Positions 10,320-20,379 of a stretch of 64,000 nt of DNA are shown in pieces. The DNA is taken from contig CASEYW010000043.1 in assembly GCA_949292215.1 (NCBI GenBank), positions 12,736 to 76,735 of the forward strand. The letters are read 5' to 3'. Under the pieces are notes generated by a model, which saw nothing but the letters and a program-made list of their open reading frames with translations, was not told the DNA's origin and did not search any database. The number at the start of each line of letters is the position of its first letter. Positions within the stretch are counted from its first letter, which is position 1. Position numbers and translations under genes: made by a program. The DNA comes from an uncultured bacterium (GTDB lineage Bacteria; Verrucomicrobiota; Lentisphaeria; Victivallales; UBA1829).

Positions 10320-10348
10320 TTGACAATCAATTTGAACCGTGATATAAT
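10320..10348 (+). promoter_or_regulatory. consensus sigma70-type promoter (TTGACA-17 nt-TATAAT)
   Basis: TTGACA at 10320-10325, an exact 17-nt spacer, then TATAAT at 10343-10348. It lies about 55 nt upstream of the SGNH gene start (10403). Confidence 0.65.
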
Positions 10349-10402
10349 TTTAATAGAACAAAAAATAACCCGGCAAAAATCAAAAAAAAAGAGGTTCGAG
10401 CC

Positions 10403-11146
10403 ATGAAAATGACAATCCTTTCAACCTGTCTTATGCTTCTGCTGTTTTCCGCTGCCGCCGAAGATCTGTATCGCCAGTTCCAGCCATCCCGGACAAGCCG
10501 GACCAGAGAAAGTACCGAATGGTCCATCACCTATACCTACAATGCCGTCGACAGCAAAAATCCGCGTCTTCTCCTGATCGGAGACTCCATCTGCAATGGG
10601 TACCAGGGAACTGTCCGGACAAAACTGGGAAAAGTCATGAACATCACCTTCTGGGCCACTTCGAAATGTGTCACGGACAAAGATTACTTCCGCGAACTGG
10701 ATCTGATCCTTTCGGCATACCGCTACGATGTGATCTCCTTTAACAACGGACTCCACAGTCTGACCACCGACCGCGAAGAGTGGAAGAATGCTTACAGCGC
10801 TGCCGTTGATTTCATTCGCAAAAAGTGCCCGGACGCCAAACTCTTCCTCACCAACAATACACCGCTGAAAGATCCGAAAAAAACAGCTCAGGCAAAAGAA
10901 TTGAACAGCATCATTGCGGAAACGGCAAGGCTCAAAAACCTGCCGGTCATTGATCTCTTTTCTCTGATGGACCCCCTCGACCGGAACAAATTCTGGAGCG
11001 ACACCTATCATTTTCGTAAACCGGCGGTGGAACTCCAGGCGGAACGGATCGCCCAAACAGTCCGCTCCGTAGCGAACAAGCTCAATCCGAAAGCCAATAT
11101 CGTTCAGCGCGGAACCGAAACCGGTCCGAATGGAGCACTGAAGTAA
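10403..11146 (+). CDS. secreted SGNH/GDSL-type hydrolase (probable carbohydrate esterase)
   Basis: Signal peptide [19 protein letters not shown]. The SGNH blocks are [19 protein letters not shown] and SDTYHF. Confidence 0.8.
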   Translation: MKMTILSTCLMLLLFSAAAEDLYRQFQPSRTSRTRESTEWSITYTYNAVDSKNPRLLLIGDSICNGYQGTVRTKLGKVMNITFWATSKCVTDKDYFRELDLILSAYRYDVISFNNGLHSLTTDREEWKNAYSAAVDFIRKKCPDAKLFLTNNTPLKDPKKTAQAKELNSIIAETARLKNLPVIDLFSLMDPLDRNKFWSDTYHFRKPAVELQAERIAQTVRSVANKLNPKANIVQRGTETGPNGALK

Positions 11147-11181
11147 ATTCCCATACAATCCAAAAACGAAGGATCAGACAA

Positions 11182-11976
11182 ATGAATATCTCATTCCCAA
11201 GAAACAAGAAATCTGACGGAGAGTATTTTACATTGATAGAACTTCTTGTTGTAATAGCAATCATTGCGATTCTTACAGCAATCCTTCTTCCTGCACTGAA
11301 CAAAGCTCGTACCGCAGGAAACGCAGCAGCCTGCGTTTCAAATCTGAAACAGATCGGCATCGGAATGAACAGCTATTCCGCAGACAACAACGACTATTAT
11401 GTTGCCGCCAGCCAGAACAACGAAACCGGTCTGCAACTCTACTGGTACAGCGCAATCGGCGCCTATATTTCCACGGCACACCATCCGGAATACAAACTTC
11501 ATGGAACAATGGGATACAGGCCATGGATGAAAGTCTATCAGTGCAGTCCGGCGGAAAAACAGCTTTCCGGAACCATTTATCCTTACAACTGTGCGTTTTC
11601 CTATGGATATCTGCGCTGTCAGTCCGGCAACCTTTCCTATCGTTATCCGGGGAATGGAAGCGTAAAAATCGGGAGTCTGACCCGGCCGGCATCACGGCTT
11701 CTGGCAGCAGAAAGTTCGGCTATTGACAATAACAGCGACTGCGGTGCATTTCTCAGTGCCAATCAGGGCGGGAACACTCCGATCTACTTCAAACATGGCA
11801 GCAATCTCTCCAGGGCAGAACAGAAAGCGCTGTTCAATACCTGGAGCAATCCACCCTATCCCGGAACGATTCCCGGCAAGGCGAATCTGCTTCATGCTGA
11901 CTTTCATGTAGAATCCTATACAGCAGCAAAATACAATACAAAAATCCGAAATCTGGTTGACTACTACAATAATTAA
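11182..11976 (+). CDS. prepilin-type N-terminal cleavage/methylation protein, DUF1559-like (degenerate tail)
   Basis: [27 protein letters not shown] at the N-terminus. The tail [15 protein letters not shown] is a degenerate H..D motif. The gene lies 24 nt upstream of GH-A paralog 1. Confidence 0.8.
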   Translation: MNISFPRNKKSDGEYFTLIELLVVIAIIAILTAILLPALNKARTAGNAAACVSNLKQIGIGMNSYSADNNDYYVAASQNNETGLQLYWYSAIGAYISTAHHPEYKLHGTMGYRPWMKVYQCSPAEKQLSGTIYPYNCAFSYGYLRCQSGNLSYRYPGNGSVKIGSLTRPASRLLAAESSAIDNNSDCGAFLSANQGGNTPIYFKHGSNLSRAEQKALFNTWSNPPYPGTIPGKANLLHADFHVESYTAAKYNTKIRNLVDYYNN

Positions 11977-12000
11977 TTCAATAGCACAAGGAATCAGCAA

Positions 12001-15000
12001 ATGAAAATCGCATACATCCTCATTCTCTCCGCATTCTGTATCCTACTTTCCGCCAACGAAGGTCTGAAAATTCCATCTTGGATTCAGGTAAAGGAAAACG
12101 GAAATCTGCTTGTTGATAAAATCAATTTTTATTTCGGAGTCACCAACTTCAAAAAGGGAAACGACGATTCCGGAAGTGCCAGTAAATTTCTTTGCCCGGT
12201 CTCCACTATTGAACTGGACAGCCGAATCTGGCGGAGTCTTCTGATCCCCTATGCCGATGATCCAGACTATAAAGTTACGGTGGACAAAAAACTTTCCGTG
12301 CTTTCCAGTGAGACTGTTGCATGGAGAAATTCTTTCACCGCCACCAAACCGGGTGTAATCAAAAGCTCTCATGTTACGCTCACACTGCCTCCGGAACCGT
12401 TTGACGTCATCATTGACGGCAAAAAGCTGAAATTCGGCAAGGAGTATGATCCCAAAGTTTATTTCCGCGGCCCCTGCAAACGAGTAGCCATTCTCGCTTC
12501 CGGCACCGAATTGGAAATCACGGGAAAGGATCTGTTCCTTTCCACCAGCGACATGCGCCGCTACAATCCGGTCTTCCGCATCAACCTGTCCTTTGAAATG
12601 AAAGCCGACGATCCAAAAACATGGCAGTCCTCGAATCTGGAACTTGTCATCCGCCGGAACGGAATCCGGATGGACCGGGAAACATTCTTCAAATTGGAAA
12701 AAAAATTCACTCCCGTTTCTCTTGCCGGAGTTCTGAACAATACCGTTACGGATGACAAGGCCGACGACGGCATCTGCGGATGGACCGACAAAGGTCCTGA
12801 TGATTGCCTTCACAGTTATAAATTCAAAGGACGCACAGAATTCTGCGGGATTCCTTTCGAACTGGCGGACCCGGCAGCCAATCAGGGCAAAGTTCTTGTC
12901 GGAATCAGCCATCCGGCGAGACGCCTGAACCTGCCATCGTCCGTAACGATCCCAATGAATGGCATTCGTGCAGAGGGACTCTATTTTCTGCATGCCAGCT
13001 CCTGGATCGGCAAAAACACTCCCGGTTCCTATACGATTTGCTACAAGGATGGTTCCCGTGTGAACATTCCGCTCCAAACCAACAAAACTATTTTCAACTG
13101 GTATACCTGCGGCGGCAGCGATCAGGCGGTAATCGGCTGGAAAGCGCCGCAAGGCAGCGCCGGACTGACGCTCTTTCCATGGACAAATCCAAACCCGGAT
13201 AAACCGATGGATTCCATTCTCTTTACGATCAATCCGGAACGGCAGTCGGAAAGCATGGAGTACACGCCGGTTCTGCTTCTGTTCGGTATTACAGCAGTCG
13301 ACATGAAACCTTTTCTGCCCGAGGAAGAGCCGCCAGCGGAGATCGATGACTCAAAATGGATCGCATTCGACGGCCACAACGAGATCGAAGGATCCTTTCT
13401 TGACAACTCCACTCTGAACCATGTTCCCGCAGGGAAACACGGCTGGGTTACGGTCAAAGACGACCGCTTCTTTTTTGAAAACGGCATGGAAGCACGCTTT
13501 TTTGGATTTACGACCGAGGTCACGGGACGCAGTTATCCTAAAGGGCAAATCGCGGCATTTGCCCGCAGACTTCATGCACTGGGAGGTAATATTATCCGCT
13601 TTATCGGACTGGTGGGCCCCGGGGAAGAAAATCCCGTTGACCGGATCTATCGGAAAGGAAGCAGGAATGAACTAGATCCGGAACGGATGGATACATTCTG
13701 CTATTTTATCAGCGAACTCAAAAAAAATGGAATTTATATTCAGCTTGACCTTCGTGGAAACAATGTCATCGATAACGAAATCCCCGGAATGAAAGGGATT
13801 AAATGGAGTCACTATTCTATTCTTTCGCCTTCCGTGGAAAAGCTCCAGATTGAAAATTTAAAACGGATTCTCTCCTACAAGAATCCATATACTGGGATAG
13901 CTGTCGGACAAGACCCCGTCATTGCCATGGTCATGGTGGAGAATGAGGATTCCCTTTTTTATGAAGCAAATCTGGCGTCAATCAGAAATCCGGTCGCAAA
14001 ACGGGAATTCCAGGCTGAATTCAACCGTTTTCTTCTGGAGAAATACAAACAACGAGAAGCTTTGAAAGCGGCATGGAAAGGAGCTCTTAAAGATTCCGAA
14101 GATCCCGCCAAAGGAACGGTGGAAGCTCCTCTGGATTTCAAAAAACGAGATTTCACGCCGGAACGGAAACAGGAAATGCGGATCTGGCTGGCGGATGTTC
14201 AGGGAAGACATTACCGGAATGTGATTCAGGCGGTCCGGGAAACCGGATGCAAAGCACCCTCCATCGGGAGCAACCACTGGACAAACGATCCCATGGACTT
14301 TTATGTCAATGCGAAGTACACGGATATTTTTGACCGTCACTCCTACTGGTCGCATCCCGTGGTGGAGATCGGGTGGGATCTGCATGAAATTTCGTTCAGC
14401 AATCAGCCCTCGGTCGGATTGTCGGATGGAGGTTTTCTGAGAAGTTTTATCTCGCGCCGCGTTGTTGGGAAACCATATGCGCAGACCGAATGGGATGTAT
14501 CTTCCACTAATGAATTCCGAGCCGATGCCCAGCTCTTCATCCCTGCCTATGCCTCCATGCACGGCTGGAGTCTGTTTCACTTTCATTTTCAAATGGAGGA
14601 TTTTCGTCTCAACTGGAATCCGCGTACAAGAACAAACACGCTTCTACCGCAACGGGATCCTCTCCAGATGGCCTTGTGGCCGGCGGTCGCCGCCATGTAC
14701 CTCAAGGGCGATGTCAAAAAGGCAGACCGGACCTATTATGAAACTCTGACTTATGAAGACGCCCTCGCGGGAAAAAAGGCAGACTCGGAACGGATCGCAC
14801 GGGCGGGACTGCGCGGAATCGCCGGAATCAATTTCGATCCGGAATATCCTGTCAAGTCCGATCCCTCGCTGATCCCGCCTGAAGATGCCGAGGTGATCGA
14901 ATCGGTCACAAAACAGCTTTACTGGGATATTCCAAACCGTCAGTTCCGGATCATCACGCAGGGAACAAAGGGCTTCGCCGGGTTTACCAACGGGAAAAAA

Positions 15001-15363
15001 GTCGTCTGCGGAAATACGGTTTTCGACATCAAAACCGATTTCGCCGCCATTATCCTGACCAGCCGCGACAATACCGCGCTGGACTCCTCCGGGCACATCC
15101 TCATGACGGCAGTTGCCCGCTGCTGGAATAGTGGAACGAAATACAATGCTTTGAAAACGCGCTTTGCCGAATCCGGAAAAGCGCCGATCCTGCTCCAGCC
15201 GGTCGAAGGGACCGTGCATCTTCCAGCCACGCGCAAACTCTCAGTCTATGCACTGGATCTTTCGGGAAAGAGGATGAAAAAAATCAATACGTCATTCAAC
15301 GGCAACCTTCTTTCAATTCCTCTCGACAACGCAATTCATTACGAACTGGTTGCCGAACCCTGA
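12001..15363 (+). CDS. secreted ~1100-aa clan GH-A-like glycoside hydrolase, paralog 1
   Basis: Signal peptide MKIAYILILSAFCILLSA. Blocks shared with the three paralogs are HVPAGKHGWVTV, ELKKNGIYIQLD, NPYTGIAVGQDPVIAMVMVENED (N-E acid/base motif) and GKPYAQTEWD (nucleophile-type T-E). CAZy family not assignable by eye. Confidence 0.7.
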   Translation: MKIAYILILSAFCILLSANEGLKIPSWIQVKENGNLLVDKINFYFGVTNFKKGNDDSGSASKFLCPVSTIELDSRIWRSLLIPYADDPDYKVTVDKKLSVLSSETVAWRNSFTATKPGVIKSSHVTLTLPPEPFDVIIDGKKLKFGKEYDPKVYFRGPCKRVAILASGTELEITGKDLFLSTSDMRRYNPVFRINLSFEMKADDPKTWQSSNLELVIRRNGIRMDRETFFKLEKKFTPVSLAGVLNNTVTDDKADDGICGWTDKGPDDCLHSYKFKGRTEFCGIPFELADPAANQGKVLVGISHPARRLNLPSSVTIPMNGIRAEGLYFLHASSWIGKNTPGSYTICYKDGSRVNIPLQTNKTIFNWYTCGGSDQAVIGWKAPQGSAGLTLFPWTNPNPDKPMDSILFTINPERQSESMEYTPVLLLFGITAVDMKPFLPEEEPPAEIDDSKWIAFDGHNEIEGSFLDNSTLNHVPAGKHGWVTVKDDRFFFENGMEARFFGFTTEVTGRSYPKGQIAAFARRLHALGGNIIRFIGLVGPGEENPVDRIYRKGSRNELDPERMDTFCYFISELKKNGIYIQLDLRGNNVIDNEIPGMKGIKWSHYSILSPSVEKLQIENLKRILSYKNPYTGIAVGQDPVIAMVMVENEDSLFYEANLASIRNPVAKREFQAEFNRFLLEKYKQREALKAAWKGALKDSEDPAKGTVEAPLDFKKRDFTPERKQEMRIWLADVQGRHYRNVIQAVRETGCKAPSIGSNHWTNDPMDFYVNAKYTDIFDRHSYWSHPVVEIGWDLHEISFSNQPSVGLSDGGFLRSFISRRVVGKPYAQTEWDVSSTNEFRADAQLFIPAYASMHGWSLFHFHFQMEDFRLNWNPRTRTNTLLPQRDPLQMALWPAVAAMYLKGDVKKADRTYYETLTYEDALAGKKADSERIARAGLRGIAGINFDPEYPVKSDPSLIPPEDAEVIESVTKQLYWDIPNRQFRIITQGTKGFAGFTNGKKVVCGNTVFDIKTDFAAIILTSRDNTALDSSGHILMTAVARCWNSGTKYNALKTRFAESGKAPILLQPVEGTVHLPATRKLSVYALDLSGKRMKKINTSFNGNLLSIPLDNAIHYELVAEP

Positions 15364-15393
15364 GAACCACTTTGCAGCACGGCATGAAAGGCA

Positions 15394-16644
15394 TCACTTC
15401 TCCGCCTGGCGGAAAATTGTGACGCCTTTCAGAATTTCAATGGCGCGTTCCAGTTGAATGTCGCGGTATTTTCCATCCCGGATCAGAGGGACCTTGTCTC
15501 CACGCATCGAAAGATGACGGGCAATCGCCATTGATCCCGCGGGACTCGTGTTGACCGCAATGTCCGGATCAACACCTCTGCCGTGGATTTCCTTCCGTCC
15601 GGGGGTATAATATTTGGCAGTGGTAATCCGAAGCGCGCCGCCGTCGGAAAGAGGAATGATCACTTGAACCGATCCCTTGCCGAAAGATCGCGCTCCGACC
15701 AGAATTGCCCGTTTGTAATCCTGCATACAAGCTGAAAAAATCTCCGCCGCGCTCGCGGAGTTCTCATTGATCAGAACGACAATCGGAAGATCAAGATCCT
15801 TGGTGCAGCCGACCGCATTGTGACAGACCGTTTTCTCCGCACGGCCTTCAATGGATACCACCAGTTTTCCCTTCTCAATAAAACGGCTGACCGTTTCGAT
15901 CGCCGCAGTCAGAAGTCCGCCCGGGTTGTTGCGGAGATCAATGATCAGACCGTCCAGTTTATCCTTTTTGAGTCTGGCGAGAGCTTTATCAAGATCGGAT
16001 GCGGTAGTCGCCGTAAACTGGGTAATGCGCAGATATCCGATCCGATCCGCTGCACATCCCGTCCCCTTCACGGAAGAGACGGCAATCACGGCGCGTTCTA
16101 TTTCCACATCTTTTGTTGTATCGTTGGAACGCCGGTAGATTTTCAGTTTCACCTTGGTGCCGACGGGACCTTTCATCATTTTGACACACTCGTCCAGAAA
16201 CATCATCCGCGTATTTTTCCCGTTGATTTCCAGAATGATATCCCCGCTCCGCAAACCGGACTTCGCCGCTGGACCGTCCTCCATAACGGAAACGATCTCC
16301 AGCGCATCATCCCGGGAAGTAATCACAACGCCGATTCCGGGGAATTTTCCCATGCTGTCTTCCATCGTATTCTTGAAGGCATCCGGTTCCTCGTAGGAAC
16401 TGAACGGGTCCAGTTCCTGCATCATCCCGCGCATCGCCGCCCGGAGAAGGTTCTCATAGGAGATCTTTCCCGTATCCACATACTTTGCCCGGAGAAGCAT
16501 CAGTGATTCCATAAACACGGACAAGTTCTTGTAAGGGAGTTCCTCTTCCTTTTTCTGTTCAGCAGACTTCTCCGCAGCAGGAACCGAACTTCCCATCAGC
16601 AGAAATCCGCAGGAAAACAATAGAATGAACAATCGTTTCATCAT
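15394..16644 (-). CDS. ctp: carboxy-terminal processing protease (peptidase S41)
   Basis: PDZ segment GIGVVITSRDDALEIVSVMEDGPAAKSGLRSGDIILEING. S41 catalytic blocks NENSASAAEIF and GKGSVQ. The start was set at MMKRLFILLFS (signal peptide). Confidence 0.9.
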   Translation of the reverse strand: MMKRLFILLFSCGFLLMGSSVPAAEKSAEQKKEEELPYKNLSVFMESLMLLRAKYVDTGKISYENLLRAAMRGMMQELDPFSSYEEPDAFKNTMEDSMGKFPGIGVVITSRDDALEIVSVMEDGPAAKSGLRSGDIILEINGKNTRMMFLDECVKMMKGPVGTKVKLKIYRRSNDTTKDVEIERAVIAVSSVKGTGCAADRIGYLRITQFTATTASDLDKALARLKKDKLDGLIIDLRNNPGGLLTAAIETVSRFIEKGKLVVSIEGRAEKTVCHNAVGCTKDLDLPIVVLINENSASAAEIFSACMQDYKRAILVGARSFGKGSVQVIIPLSDGGALRITTAKYYTPGRKEIHGRGVDPDIAVNTSPAGSMAIARHLSMRGDKVPLIRDGKYRDIQLERAIEILKGVTIFRQAEK

Positions 16645-16801
16645 GACTCCCGTCTCTTTGTTGTTGGTTCTTTTTTTGCCGGAACGGAGGAGCATTGTCA
16701 ATCGCCGGGACTCGTCCTCCCGACGACCAGTTTATTCTGTCTGGACTGGAGCAGGAGCCATCCGCACCAGTCCCCTTTTTCCTTCTTGTGCCGATTTCCT
16801 T

Positions 16802-17299
16802 TCAGCGTTTGCGAACGCGAAGAAAAAAGTCGCGGATCATTCGCCGGCACTCCTCCTCAAGAATTCCACCCGTTACCTGCACACGATGGAGCATTCCCGG
16901 AAAACCCGTTACATCCAGTGCAGACCCGGCACAGCCGGAACGCGGATCGGCCATTCCGTAGACGACACGATCCACCCGCGTATTCACCAGCGCCCCCGCG
17001 CACATTGCACACGGCTCTTTCGTGACATAGATCGTGACCCCGTCAAGGCGCCAATCCCCGACGGCAACAGCAGCAGCCGTCATCGCCAGCAGCTCCGCAT
17101 GGGCGGTGCCATCCTTCAAGCTCTCGACCTGATTCCATCCCCTGGCAATGATGCGTCCTTCCTTCACGGCAACGGCGCCGATCGGCACTTCTCCGCGTTC
17201 TCCCGCCATTTCAGCCAGGCGCAACGCGGCACGCATGAAATACTCATCGTCCCGAACAGGAAGAAAAGCCGGAACGGAATCTGTATCAGAACCGTCCAA
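16802..17299 (-). CDS. tadA: tRNA adenosine(34) deaminase
   Basis: Zinc-deaminase motifs HAELLAM and PCAMCAGAL, with overall TadA-like length. Confidence 0.9.
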   Translation of the reverse strand: MDGSDTDSVPAFLPVRDDEYFMRAALRLAEMAGERGEVPIGAVAVKEGRIIARGWNQVESLKDGTAHAELLAMTAAAVAVGDWRLDGVTIYVTKEPCAMCAGALVNTRVDRVVYGMADPRSGCAGSALDVTGFPGMLHRVQVTGGILEEECRRMIRDFFLRVRKR

Positions 17300-17302
17300 T
17301 GG

Positions 17303-18595
17303 TCACGTTCCCTGTTTCAAATCAGAACTGATCCGCATGGAACAGAAATCGGGACCGCACATGGTACAATATTTTGTACCGTGCTGATGTTTTGCATTGG
17401 AGGCTTCAAGAGCCTGTTTGCGATATTCGCGAGCCCGGTCGGGGTCCAGAGCAAGATCGAACTGTTTTTCCCAGTTGAATTCCGCCCGGGCCCTGCCGAT
17501 TGCGTTGTCACGGTCGATTGCCCCGGGTTTTCCGAGAGCAACATCCGCGGCATGAGCGGCGATCCGGAAAGCGACGCAGCCGTTGCGGACATCTTCCGCC
17601 TCAGGCAGTCCGATGTGCTCTTTCGGAGTGACATAGCAGAGCATTGCTGCTCCGTAGTAGGCGCCGGCGGTACCGCCAATGGAAGCAACGATATGATCAT
17701 AACCGGGAGCACAGTCGATGACGACCGGACCGAGAATGTAGAACGGAGCGTCGCCGCAGACCTCACGTTCCCGTTTCATATTCATTTCAATCTGATGGAA
17801 GGGGACGTGTCCGGGTCCCTCAACCATTGCCTGCACACCGGCGGCGCGGCAGCGTTTCACGAGTTCGCCGAGGACGTCCAGTTCCGCAAACTGCGCTTCG
17901 TCGCTGGCATCCGCCAGACAGCCAGGACGGAGCCCGTCTCCAAGCGAAAGTGTCACATCATATTGAAGGCAGATGTCCAGAATGTCGTCAAAACGGGTAT
18001 AAATCGGATTTTCCTTGTCGTACCGTTTCATCCACTGAGCCATCAACGATCCTCCACGGCTGACAATCCCCAGTACGCGTTTCAGTGCAATGGGAACATG
18101 TTTGCGGAGAAGCCCCGCGTGAATGGTCATATAATCGACGCCCTGTTTCGCCTGCGAGAGAATCGTGTCAAGGATGGCGGTTTCGTCGAAGTTATCGGCT
18201 CCGTACTTGGCGATGACCTCATAGATCGGCACGGTTCCGACCGGAATCGGACTGGCTTCAATAATGGAGGATCGGATAAAGTCGATATCCCCTCCCGTAC
18301 TGAGATCCATCACGGTGTCAGCTCCGTAGCGGATCGCCTGCTGGAGCTTCCGTTTCTCCGCCTGCGGACAGCTCGACATGGCGGAGTTGCCGATGTTGGC
18401 ATTGATCTTGCAAAGCAGTTCTCGACCGATTCCCATCGGATCCAGATTTTTATGGTTGACGTTGGCTGGTATGACAACGCGTCCATCCGCCACGCGTTCC
18501 AGAATAAATTCAACACTGCGCTGTTCTTTCTCGGCAACGGCCTTGATCTGCGGTGTGACGATCCCTTCACGGGCCTGAAGCATTTGGGTTTTCAA
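17303..18595 (-). CDS. thiC: phosphomethylpyrimidine synthase
   Basis: MKTQMLQAREGIVTPQ..., KINANIGNS, and the C-terminal CTMCGPDFCSM Fe-S motif. The apparent TTG start overlaps the waaA stop (TTGA). Confidence 0.9.
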   Translation of the reverse strand: MKTQMLQAREGIVTPQIKAVAEKEQRSVEFILERVADGRVVIPANVNHKNLDPMGIGRELLCKINANIGNSAMSSCPQAEKRKLQQAIRYGADTVMDLSTGGDIDFIRSSIIEASPIPVGTVPIYEVIAKYGADNFDETAILDTILSQAKQGVDYMTIHAGLLRKHVPIALKRVLGIVSRGGSLMAQWMKRYDKENPIYTRFDDILDICLQYDVTLSLGDGLRPGCLADASDEAQFAELDVLGELVKRCRAAGVQAMVEGPGHVPFHQIEMNMKREREVCGDAPFYILGPVVIDCAPGYDHIVASIGGTAGAYYGAAMLCYVTPKEHIGLPEAEDVRNGCVAFRIAAHAADVALGKPGAIDRDNAIGRARAEFNWEKQFDLALDPDRAREYRKQALEASNAKHQHGTKYCTMCGPDFCSMRISSDLKQGT

Positions 18596-19875
18596 AACAA
18601 CTTCTCCAATCGTTCGATGTTCTTCGCGATCGCGCCGCTGTGAGCCGTAATTGCCTCGTGCGCACGACGACCGAGTTTATTTCTCAATTCATGGTCCGAT
18701 GCCAGCATATAAAGAGCCTTGTCGAGTTCTCCATCGGTCTCGACGGTCAGGACGGCATCGGCTTTTTTCAAAATCTCCATTGCCTGCCGGAAATTCCGCA
18801 ATTCGCGTCCGGAGATAATCGCCTTGCCAAGCACTGCGGGCTCGATGATGTTCTGTCCCTCGTTGTTCCCTGCCAGAGTCTTACCCATGATGACAATATC
18901 CGATGCGGCAATGAATCCCATCAGTTCTCCGGTGGTGTCGGCAAGCAGACAATCCACATAGTGTTCCGGTTTCGGCCCCGTTGTCCGGCGGAAATAACGG
19001 ATTCCCTTTCCGCGGAGCATCTCGGCCAGTTCCGCACCGCGCTCCGCATGACGGGGAACGATCACCAGCACAGCATCCGGCAGTTTCCGCTTGAGACGGA
19101 GAAAGGCATCGGCAATCATCTTCTCCTCGTCAGGATGCGTGCTCGCAGCGATGATGACAGGTCCGGCGGAAGGAGCAAAAACGGAAGAGAGCTCCGGCAG
19201 TTTGAAATTTTCCGGCGCACGCTGGTCGAATTTGATATTTCCTCCGACGACAATCCGGTCCGACAGATCCGGGGCAACGGATTCAAAACGTTCGCGATCG
19301 GCCTCGGTCTGAACGCTGATCACATCAAAATTGCGGATCACAGGAGCGAAGAAACAGCGAAAGCGCCTGTATCCCCGCATGGACCGGTCCGACATCCGCG
19401 CATTGATCAGAGCGGTTTTCAGCCCCCGCAGCTTTGCGGTATGGATGAGATTCGGCCAGATCTCCGTCTCGAATACGACCAGACCGGATGGCTGAATCAG
19501 GCTGTAGGCCCTGCGGACAAACGGCAGAAAGTCAATCGGACAGAAAATGACCTCGACTCCTTCCGGAACCTTTTTCCGGGCGATCTCCTGAGCAGTCGTT
19601 GTGGATGTCGAGAGCACAAAACGGCGGTCCGGATTCACCTTGCGCCAGGCAAACAGCGCCGTCAGCGCAAGATTGGTCTCCCCGACGCTGACCGCATGGA
19701 GCCAGATCGGATGATCCAAAGCCTTCAAACGGGCTTTCTTTTCCTCCGAAAAAACAGCAAACCGTTCGGGATAGTTCCGCTTCGTTCCCGGACGACGGAT
19801 CAGCTTGACAATCAGGCCCGGCAGAAAAAACAGAAATACAAGAGGGAAAAAAAGATTATAGAAAAAAAGAAACAA
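18592..19875 (-). CDS. waaA: 3-deoxy-D-manno-octulosonic acid (Kdo) transferase
   Basis: An N-terminal membrane anchor, then WLHAVSVGE, typical of KdtA/WaaA. Length is 427 aa. Confidence 0.85.
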   Translation of the reverse strand: MFLFFYNLFFPLVFLFFLPGLIVKLIRRPGTKRNYPERFAVFSEEKKARLKALDHPIWLHAVSVGETNLALTALFAWRKVNPDRRFVLSTSTTTAQEIARKKVPEGVEVIFCPIDFLPFVRRAYSLIQPSGLVVFETEIWPNLIHTAKLRGLKTALINARMSDRSMRGYRRFRCFFAPVIRNFDVISVQTEADRERFESVAPDLSDRIVVGGNIKFDQRAPENFKLPELSSVFAPSAGPVIIAASTHPDEEKMIADAFLRLKRKLPDAVLVIVPRHAERGAELAEMLRGKGIRYFRRTTGPKPEHYVDCLLADTTGELMGFIAASDIVIMGKTLAGNNEGQNIIEPAVLGKAIISGRELRNFRQAMEILKKADAVLTVETDGELDKALYMLASDHELRNKLGRRAHEAITAHSGAIAKNIERLEKLF

Positions 19876-20379
19876 CTTGCACCTTCCAATTCCAAAAAAG
19901 TTTTTCTAATAAGGTAATCCGTTTTGCGGATTTTTCCAGACGGGAACCGAAAAAAGTTTTCCCGTTCATTCTCGGCGGCTTTCATAGAAAATTGTTGTTT
20001 TCCGTTTCCACGGGAGTTCCCCGGTTTCCTGAAACTCTTCTGCCGCAGCAGTGCCATCGGAACGGTGTTCTCCGAGTTCAAGATAAACCCTCCCGAACCT
20101 CTTGAAAAAGAGACATTCCGCCATTGTCTGGAAGCGCCGTCGGAAAGAGTTTGACGGAAAGATGGAAATAAACGAAAAAAAATGACATGCAATGCACTTT
20201 TTTTCCATATTTTTCCGGTACGATTATCTTTGCAAATCACCAGCGGGCACGATAACTTATTGACGTCAGATCTGCAAAGGACGGAATTTGCCGGAAACAA
20301 ATTTGCGGTAAACTTCCGGAATCAACAGAACGGCCGGGGAGATGTACACTCGAAGGCCGGTAAACTACAGGAGAGTGAC

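Noticed and set aside
8847-10406. Plus-strand ORFs 8847-9761 (304 aa) and 9852-10406 (184 aa) across the LacI/GntR regulator region
   Set aside because: They are antisense to the two regulators and cross the AT-rich intergenic promoter region. No motifs are present, so the minus-strand HTH regulators explain the coding signal.
11227-11247. A 21-nt exact repeat TTTACATTGATAGAACTTCTT shared with 55017-55037, with looser similarity among all pseudopilin 5' ends
   Set aside because: It encodes the conserved FTLIELL prepilin motif in paralogous genes. It is a coding-sequence conservation effect, not a mobile or regulatory repeat.
16625-19917. ORFs of 672 aa and 425 aa on the plus strand opposite tadA/thiC/waaA
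   Set aside because: They are antisense shadows of strongly supported minus-strand genes. The composition is typical of the reverse frame of GC-biased codons, and there are no family motifs.
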